A DNA stretch of 64,000 bases, from contig CAJINV010000018.1 in NCBI GenBank assembly GCA_905178155.1, forward strand, positions 378,479 to 442,478, written 5' to 3'. The translations under genes and the position numbers were made by a program. The stretch comes from Amoebophrya sp. A120. Lineage: Eukaryota; Protista; Dinoflagellata. Position 1 is the first letter of the stretch. Each line of letters starts with the position of its first letter. The notes below the pieces were generated by a model. The model worked only from the letters and a program-made list of their open reading frames with translations, was not told the DNA's origin and searched no databases. Shown here piece by piece: positions 56,350 to 64,000 of this stretch.

Positions 56350-59300
56350 TTACAAAATCATTGGCGTCGGCAGGAAGGGTCCGTGCCGCCACAAGGCCAT
56401 CGGCGACGCCGCGTGAGATGCTAGCTCGTTGTGGTTGGTTATCAAGTGCAAAAATGTCTGGGTCTGAAAACCTGTGATGCTGAATTGAGCATGATTGAAG
56501 CGCTTGCAATGGCAGCCAAGCATGACAAGTTTTGGGACGCCTGCTTATGCCTAGAACGCATCACAAATTGCGTTTTTGCATGACAAAGGAAGTGGAACAA
56601 GCCCCTCTCTTGCTGCTCATGCAACAAAAATTTTCCAGGAATGCAAGACACGCATCACAAGTTCCACTGTTCCAGACCGAGACATATTTGCATTTGATAT
56701 TGGTCACGTGCGTGGAGGTCCCGAAATTTTCCACAGAGTCCTGGTAGAGGAGACTGGTGTCATCGTCGTCGAACCCGGGGAAGGTCAGGTCCGATTGTTG
56801 CCCTCCCGCAGCAGCGCCGTAGTTCTTCTTCGCCACCGCGGCGGAGAGCGAAATGCTCTTCACGACGTTAATGCTGTTTTTGGCCGGCACAGAAGATTTT
56901 TGAACCAGGGTGGATGAAACAGACGACTTCTTGGAAGAAGCAGTATGGACCTTCTTGTGGCGCGAAGATGTAGCTGTGTGTTTCATCTTCATCTCCTTCG
57001 CCCGCAGCTTCTCGTGCATTTTATCAAAGTGAAAAAAGCCCCCACCCCATATCAAAACGAAACTTCTGATGCTGGATTTGCGTACACAAATCAGATTTGT
57101 CTTGCAGTAGGGGACTGCAGGCCGATATCATGCCAGTGCGCAGAGGTTTTGGCCTAGGCGCTTAGCATGGGGAACGCCTATGCTGTAGGACCAACAGCAT
57201 TACAAACCGCCAGCATAATGGGGCGGAGCGGATGCCGTTGCTTTCTTGCAAGACAGACACGATTTGTGNNNNNNNNNNNNNNNNNNNNNNNNNNNNNNNN
57301 NNNNNNNNNNNNNNNNNNNNNNNNNNNNNNNNNNNNNNNNNNNNNNNNNNNNNNNNNNNNNNNNNNNNNNNNNNNNNNNNNNNNNNNNNNNNNNNNNNNN
57401 NNNNNNNNNNNNNNNNNNNNNNNNNNNNNNNNNNNNNNNNNNNNNNNNNNNNNNNNNNNNNNNNNNNNNNNNNNNNNNNNNNNNNNNNNNNNNNNNNNNN
57501 NNNNNNNNNNNNNNNNNNNNNNNNNNNNNNNNNNNNNNNNNNNNNNNNNNNNNNNNNNNNNNNNNNNNNNNNNNNNNNNNNNNNNNNNNNNNNNNNNNNN
57601 NNNNNNNNNNNNNNNNNNNNNNNNNNNNNNNNNNNNNNNNNNNNNNNNNNNNNNNNNNNNNNNNNNNNNNNNNNNNNNNNNNNNNNNNNNNNNNNNNNNN
57701 NNNNNNNNNNNNNNNNNNNNNNNNNNNNNNNNNNNNNNNNNNNNNNNNNNNNNNNNNNNNNNNNNNNNNNNNNNNNNNNNNNNNNNNNNNNNNNNNNNNN
57801 NNNNNNNNNNNNNNNNNNNNNNNNNNNNNNNNNNNNNNNNNNNNNNNNNNNNNNNNNNNNNNNNNNNNNNNNNNNNNNNNNNNNNNNNNNNNNNNNNNNN
57901 NNNNNNNNNNNNNNNNNNNNNNNNNNNNNNNNNNNNNNNNNNNNNNNNNNNNNNNNNNNCCCTCTTTTTGACCTCTCTGCACCCTCTGTGCCACTTAGGC
58001 GGCGCCTAAGGGTGGGCGCTTACTGCGGGCCTTATTCGCGCACCCTCTCGCGGACCCTCTCGAACGGGGTCCCGCGCCACCTCTCCACCTCTGTCGACCT
58101 CTTTTCTACCTCTGTCGACCTCTTTTTTACCTCTCGGCCACCTCTCTGGGACCCTCTGTCTACCTCTTTTTTCGCATGAATATAATGTATAGTAATCGCA
58201 ATACAAATTTCCGTAGCATTAGAAATGGAATCTGTAATGCGGATTTGCCTCAAGAAAAAGATTTGTAATGCATGACTGCGAAGATTACTACGTACGAGTA
58301 CGATACTTTTGCACAGGATACTCTTCGTCCTTTGCCAAAATGTCGTAGATGCTCGCCGCCAGTTTCTCCTCTTCCTTTTTCGACACGAACTGGTTCTCGC
58401 TTTGCAAAAACTCCTTTGACTTCACGGATTGGAGAAGATTGTCGGCGTATTTTTCTTGCTCCTTCTCCATGAAGGCATGTTGTTGTCCTTGTTCTTGATG
58501 ACCAGGTGCAGCAGCCGCGTTTGTGAAGGAGATGCGATTTTTCTTCTTGGCCAAAAACCCCTGCTGATCAACATGAGTGTGCGAAACCACGGACTTCACA
58601 ACATCCCGGACCGTCATCGAATCAGAAGCGGCACTCTTCTGCTGGGCAGAAGAAGTACTGGTGTGCGCGGCGGTCGGTTGCGTCTTGGAAGTAGTAGCTC
58701 CCGTAGTAGAAGACTTCTGCGCAGGGTCGTTCTTCATCTCGCGCACCTCCGTCACATAGTTGACGACCGGCGGGAGACCAGCAGTGTTCATTCTCGACGC
58801 ACCAGAGGCGTTCGCCAGGAAGTTGCGGCCTTTGGAAGAAGCACCAGAGTGGTCGCTCCCGCCGACCTTCTTCTCCACGACTTTCTTCTTTGCAAAATCG
58901 GTTTCATGGTTCGCTTTGGCAAAGCCGACCTGCAGACCGTCGCGATCGAAGACGGTGAAAAAGGCGCGAATGAAGACGTCGCCCAAGATCCAGGCCGGCT
59001 TTCCCATCTGCGTCTTGGGCTCTTCGTACCTTATGTATAGTGTGGTTTAGGGTTTAGGCTTCGGAGAGTTCTGAAGTAGATGACACCGTGATAGTATGTG
59101 GATAGGATTTCTTCAAGATACGAATATAGAAGATTTGCTTGAAAACAGGCTTGAAATAATGACATCATGACAAAAAACTACACTCCTCATAGTACTACCC
59201 GAATTCCATGTCCGCGGGCATAATCCCGAGGGCGCAGTTGGTCCGCTTCCCTTTGTGATCGAACTTATCCAAGAAAAAAACTGCGTTAGTGTAACTATCT

Positions 59301-62300
59301 TCGGCTGGTGACAGCATCACAAATTTGCTCTGTCTACATGATGTCATGCGTGGTTTGTAAGGGAAAACACACATGAGCAGAGGACTGCGCGGCTGTCTGG
59401 CATGACAGGTGTAACTTTGTTGCATGTTCTGCATCACAGATTTACACTTACACAGTTTTTTTCTTGCATAAAACTCTTCCATCATGTATTCTTTCGGGGT
59501 CAGGTCCAGCTCGTAGTTCTCTCCCTTGTCATCCCGGAAAATGTATCCTGTGCAAAAGTATCGTACTCGTGATCTTGCAATCACGCATTACAAATCTTTT
59601 TGCTAAGGTAAATCAGCATTACAAATCTTATTTTTCATGCTGAGGAAATTTGTAATGCATTTATACGAGCACGATACTTTTGCAATTCATAAAATGAAGG
59701 TCAGAGGTTTCAAGTTGTTGAATCCGTTACAGTCGTCTTCCACGCCGAGCACACTGATCATGTCCTTCACATTCGATTTATGAAATGCAAATATGTCTGG
59801 GTCTGGAAGAATGCAAGTCTGTCATGCTTGGCCGACAAGACAGAAAAGTCTGTCATGCTTGGCGCGCTATGGTGCCACTTGTTTGTCATGCACAAGGGCC
59901 ATTTGTCATGCGGCTCACGCTAGACATAGCCGCTCAGAAACTTGTCATGCGCGGCCCCCGAATACAGGCTGCGCATCATTCGGACATTAGCATCACAACT
60001 TTCCAGACCCAGACATATTTGCATGTGATACGATTCCGGAGCGGTGATCAAGCTGGTACCCGTGTCAATCAGCGCGGTGCACCCCTTCTTCGGGCAGAAC
60101 CCTATCAAATGCAAATATGTCTTGGTCCTCTGGAAGATCCCGAGATTTGTCATGCAGTTTATCCAAGCTCCACCAAGCGGCCTGGAATGCAGGTTGTAGC
60201 ATCACAGGATCTGCAGCCCCTTGGTGATCGATGCCTGCTCTGCATGAGAAATGCCCTCTAGCATGGGCACCTCTTGCAAGTCACGCAACACAAATTTTTG
60301 TACGATCCGCAACATGCATCACAAGTTCCCATCCTTCGAGACCCACACATATTTGCAATGCATAAACCCGAAGGGACTGTCATGTGCCTTCACGTCGACG
60401 AGATCGATGGTCCAACGAGATTTCATGGTCACCGGCGACCACTGCATCTTAGTGGCGCCCTTGTCACCGCCGAGGATCTTGTCGGGATCGACCTGATAAT
60501 AAACGGGAAGTGGAGATTGTGATGGCTTGGTGCGTTATTTCCGATGCCGAACCATCAAGATGACGAAGACCAACATGCAAGGGCACAGCAACAATCAATG
60601 ATGCATGTCTGGCTCAGTGATAAATGTAAGAACATGCACACTTCTGCATCTTCCCCCGCGATCGAAGGATCAGGATGGGAATGGGTGTTGATGTACAACC
60701 TGTGAGAAATAAAACAAAACCTGTTTATTTACCTTCCCAATCGTCATGTAGCCGGGCTTGGTCGGGTCCCCGCTGAAATAAAAGCCGTACTGGTTGTGCT
60801 CGATCAACTTTTTATCCAGCATGTTGTCCAGCACCGGGCGGTGGAAATTCCGTTTGTTCTGGTAGTATCCTGTACAAAAGCATCGTATTCGTATTTTGCA
60901 GTCATGCATTACAAATCTTTTTGTCAAGTCAAATCCGCATTACAAATTTATCTGTTTCTCAGGCTGAGAAAATTTGTAATGCATTTATACGAGTACGATA
61001 CTTATTTGCAATGCATAGGTAGTGATTCATATCCAATCCCAGCCCGAGAATCCCGTCCATTATCCCATGCAAAAACGTCCCCACCTCCCCATAGTTGTAA
61101 TGCAAGTCTGCATGCAGCTGCAAATATTTCTCATGCGGAGCCCCATAAGAAGCATTCTCGAGCCGTGTTTCGGAATTTGTGATGCTCCAAGCAGCATAAC
61201 AGGCTAGATCTGTGATGCTGTTGAACTAGCCAAATAGGACTACACTACACGGCCAAGTCTGTCATGCGCAACAAACAAAGCTGGGAGATTTGTCTAGCAG
61301 ATTTCCCAGCCTGAGTATGGGGCGGGGACATTTTTACTCAGGATACCCATCGGAGATTCCTTGAAGGGAAAATCCGTTTCCCGCAGCGTCACGCCCACGC
61401 CCTGCCAGGGCACCTCGATGTCGCCCAGCTTCACGTGGTCGGTTCCCCACTGCTATCAAGTGTAAAAATGTCTGGGTCTGGAAGAGTGCAACTTGTCATG
61501 CTAAGTAAATCTGAAGCATGCAAAAATCTGCGTTGCAGGATTACCAAAAGTCGTCCAGTTTTGACCAAGTCGGGAGGCAGTTTCTCATGCAGGATAGGCA
61601 TGAGAAGGATCGCACAGAATCTGTCATGCTAGGTCCTGCATTCCAGACCTCATGGGTCATGGAAAAGCTGCATGACAAATCGCGCATTCTTCCAGACCCA
61701 GACATTTTTACATTTGATAACTGCGCGCGGACGGCGCCCGTGCCGTAGAACAGATCGTGGCGGGTGCCGGTCGTGCGAAAAGTCTTCGATTATCAACTGC
61801 AAAAGTGTCTGGGTCTGGAAGATTGCCAGGCTTGTCATGCATATTTTGAATGACCCATGATGTCTGTGATGCATGCCCTAGCATCACAGATTTCTAGCGG
61901 ACTTTGTGATGGTGCCTCTACCGCATGAGAAATGCCCTCTCCACGTAGCACAAACTGGAGTCCTTTTGCTGGTCATGCAATACAGACTTTTTTAGAATCC
62001 AGAGACAGCATTACCAAATATAGCCGCTGGGGCGGGGGTAGTGAGGTCGTGGGCGTTTTTTTGCCGACCGCAGCCTTGGCCGCGGCTTTGCTTTTTATGG
62101 GTTCGTCATACCTCCGTGAGTAACGTTATGCCGCACGGTATGATGGCCACTTGGGAAACGTTGCAAATTTTGGCACATTTCCAAAATTACTTTCCGAAAG
62201 CCAGCCCCGATGCTATGGGGCCGATCCGGGTGCCACGGGGGCCGCCCAGAAAGCGAAGAAAAACCGGGCCCATAGCATGCGGATTGGCTTTGCGCGTCTG

Positions 62301-63396
62301 GCGCGCTTTTTATTTTTCGCGTTTTTATTTTTCACGCCGGCGCTTTTTGCAAAGCTTCCCAGGCTCTAAAACCGGCGAAAAGGCGGCCGCTTTCGCGGCC
62401 GCCCAAAATGCTCCGAAATCGCGGCCGTGCCAAGCTGTTTCGCTGTTCTGATTTTGGGCGCGTTTTTTGCGCGCCCTTTTTTGGGCGCCCCAAATCGCCA
62501 GAAACTAAGGCGGCGGGCGCCTCAGAAGGGCGCCCCTTTTGCCGGCTCCCCTGCGTCGTTTTATCAAGTGCGAATCGATAGTTTTCGACCGGGCTTGTTT
62601 GCCGCAAACGCCCCGGCCGCTCGATAAGTGAAAACTTTTTATGCTCAAAAACACTTCCGGCCGCTTGAAGACTGCCGGTCGTTTTTCACGGGAGGTGTCA
62701 AAAAAACTCCCTGGTTAGAACCGTTCGGTGACCTCACTACATACAAGTTTAGAATCTTCCAGACCCAGACACTTTTACATTTGATATCGATTTCCAGGGC
62801 GCAAAAGCCTTGTGGTTCTTGCAGCACGCATCCGGACAGAGCTTGCCGGGAACCTTTAAATCATTTTTTTTTCGCTATGTATACATCAACATGCCCACCA
62901 AGAGTAGTCGAGTACAATTGGTTGTTCCTCCTTCATCCTGATACGTTATTCTCAGGTAAAGACATTGTTCTCAAACTCAAAGATGTAAACGGTACTGTAC
63001 GACACGCATGAGAAATCTATTTTTCTGTACCCACAAATCGTTGCTGCCCGTGTCGAAGACGACAGTGAAGTTTTGCGGCGGAGTCCCAATCTCGATGTCG
63101 CCGTAGAACATCATGTTGTCTTGGTTCATCATCTCAATCTCCTGCGGCGTTGCGCGTCCCTTCTGCGCCCGCTGCACAACGGAAACGGTTGCCTGCGAGC
63201 GCTCGCGGTTCGTCGGCCGCAACTCAATTTGCGTGGACAACGCATGCGCTCCTTGGAAGAGGGTCGTTTGATGTTGCGCTGTCAAGAGATAAACAGCGCC
63301 AAAAATAGCTCGAGTGGAAAGTTTACTCAACATTTTGTTTATGATTTTTGCAAAATCTTTATGTTTAAAAATCAGGTTCTTCAGGGTAGAAGTCAA
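56350..63396 (-). CDS. Pepsin-family (A1) aspartic protease, cathepsin D/plasmepsin-like, with long low-complexity C-terminal extension; spliced
   Basis: Reconstructed motifs [34 protein letters not shown] (flap), [37 protein letters not shown]. Exons approx 63396-63031, 62853-62787, 61790-61720, 61453-61346, 61060-61018, 60865-60733, 60492-60365, 60102-60031, 59778-59692, 59543-59471, 59265-59199, 59029-58321. Exons 57021-56700 and 56439-56350 (stop TAA) lie across the gap and are less certain. Confidence 0.92.
56440..56699. mobile_element. Introner family A
   Basis: flanks ttggt/ttggt. Confidence 0.88.
57022..57268. mobile_element. Introner family E, cut by assembly gap
   Basis: left TIR only. 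Confidence 0.82.
57269..57959. other. Assembly gap
   Basis: run of N. Confidence 1.
57960..58195 (-). mobile_element. Second copy (5' part) of the nested Helitron-like element
   Basis: reverse complement of 13677-13912. Confidence 0.8.
58196..58320. mobile_element. Introner family B, reverse orientation, host of the nested element
   Basis: right TIR TACGAGTACGATACTTTTGCACAGGATA. Confidence 0.85.
59030..59198 (-). other. GT-AG intron enclosing a decayed introner (59032-59191)
   Basis: GG|GTAGTA...CATAAG|G joins MEFG|YEEP; residual TIR TATGnnnAGTGTrGTTT at both ends. Confidence 0.75.
59266..59470. mobile_element. Introner family K
   Basis: flanks gaact/aaact; joins MEEF|DHKG. Confidence 0.9.
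59544..59691. mobile_element. Introner family B
   Basis: flanks aaatg/aaatg; joins LTFI|FRDD. Confidence 0.92.
59779..60030. mobile_element. Introner family A
   Basis: flanks cgatt/cgatt; joins APES|NVKD. Confidence 0.92.
60103..60364. mobile_element. Introner family A
   Basis: flanks aaccc/aaccc; joins PFG|FCPK. Confidence 0.92.
60493..60732 (-). other. Canonical GT-AG intron
   Basis: AAG|GTAAAT...TATCAG|GTC joins MTIGK|VDPD. Confidence 0.9.
60866..61017. mobile_element. Introner family B
   Basis: flanks ggtag/ggtag; joins NHY|QNK. Confidence 0.92.
61061..61345. mobile_element. Introner family D
   Basis: flanks tccat/cccat; joins ESPM|DGILGLG. Confidence 0.92.
61454..61719. mobile_element. 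Introner family A, reverse orientation
   Basis: flanks actgc/actgc; joins VRAQ|WGTD. Confidence 0.92.
61791..62786. mobile_element. Introner family A with nested element
   Basis: flanks tcgat/tcgat; joins PWKS|KTF. Confidence 0.9.
62014..62741 (-). mobile_element. Nested GC-rich element with asymmetric subterminal inverted repeats (Helentron/Helitron2-like)
   Basis: GTAGTGAGGTC at 62038-62048 and GACCTCACTAC at 62730-62740; TA on both flanks. Confidence 0.6.
62854..63030 (-). other. Canonical GT-AG intron
   Basis: TGG|GTACAG...TTAAAG|GTT joins NDLW|VPGK. Confidence 0.9.
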
Positions 63397-63564
63397 TTTC
63401 AGTAATCAAGTGAGGAAACAGAAGCAGCAATAGCTGGTATCAAACAGAAACTTTCGGAAAAGGAAAGAAGAGAAAAGAATCGCCTCGTCGAGCAGGAAGA
63501 GAAAACTCAGAAAGCAATCCCCTTCAAGCAAGACGAAGGCGTCGTCTTCTGTAGGTGGTAAAAT

Positions 63565-63843
63565 TATCCTGAGTAAAAACGTACCCACACCAGAGTTGTA
63601 ATGCAGATTTGCAAAGACAGGAAGACTTGTAACGCGCATCCCCATGAGAGCCATTCCCAATTGTGTTTTGGAATTTGTGATGCTGTGAACAGGATGAGCA
63701 GATGAATCTGTGATGCGGCTGCACTTGCTAACCTGCACCACACTGCATAGTGAAACTTGTCATGCGTGACTCACAAAACTCCTAGGTTTGTGTTGCAAAA
63801 TCCTCATCCTGACTCTGGTGTGGGTACGTTTTTACTCAGGATA
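63565..63843. mobile_element. Introner family D upstream of the protease ATG
   Basis: perfect TIR TATCCTGAGTAAAAACGTACCCACACCAGAGT; flanks aaaat/aaaat. Confidence 0.92.
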
Positions 63844-64000
63844 AAAATTGTATGATAGTCACAAAGTAGAGCACGAGCACAAGTTCGTTCGTAGACAAAA
63901 CAATCAAAATTAGGAGAATAAGCTCAAGGATAATTCTGAAGAACAGCTCGAGTTGTTGTAAGTAGATAGTTCTCCTCCTCGTCTGTGCAAGGAGTTGAAA

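Noticed and set aside
2338-61345. General rule that the last repeat base plus T creates a GT donor
   Set aside because: Many copies have A, C or T at that position, so GT is not required
148-62786. CRISPR-like array of recurring repeats separated by unique spacers
   Set aside because: Repeats come as inverted pairs bounding 150-330 bp elements, the unique parts are in-frame exons of variable length, and no cas genes are present
1-63396. Stop-codon reassignment or DNA-level excision (IES-like) as the explanation
   Set aside because: Exons read without internal stops in the standard code. Ciliate IESs are TA-bounded without variable 5-bp duplications, and the match to known introners is better, although only RNA and DNA reads can formally exclude DNA excision
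8-63741. Many short ORFs sharing peptides such as [29 protein letters not shown] and CAKVSYSY
   Set aside because: These are translations of introner TIRs in different frames, not a protein family

Overview
Eukaryotic genomic DNA with two assembly gaps (37324-38064, 57269-57959). All coding sequence is on the minus strand. It is interrupted by about 114 short elements (mostly 150-330 bp) from about 14 families. Each has terminal inverted repeats, starts TAT, ends ATA and is flanked by a 5-bp direct repeat. At nearly every junction checked by hand, removing the element plus one direct-repeat copy restores the reading frame without needing GT-AG. These are transposon-derived non-canonical introns (introners), an architecture matching that described for the parasitic dinoflagellate Amoebophrya (the organism call is inference). 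Two genes are visible. One is a giant protein with an N-terminal hydrophobic leader (ATG 53393, running off the window start, roughly 8,000 aa if it is one gene). The other is a pepsin-family aspartic protease (63396 to 56350) mixing canonical and introner introns. Possibly new observations: a GCATNACAA motif shared by otherwise unrelated families; strongly non-random spacing between neighbouring elements; conservation of the donor-side end only; one introner apparently converted into a GT-AG intron; and several secondary elements (Helitron-like, Helentron-like, a (CCAA)n-tailed retroposon, a telomere-repeat insert) nested inside introners, two of them at the same site in diverged hosts.
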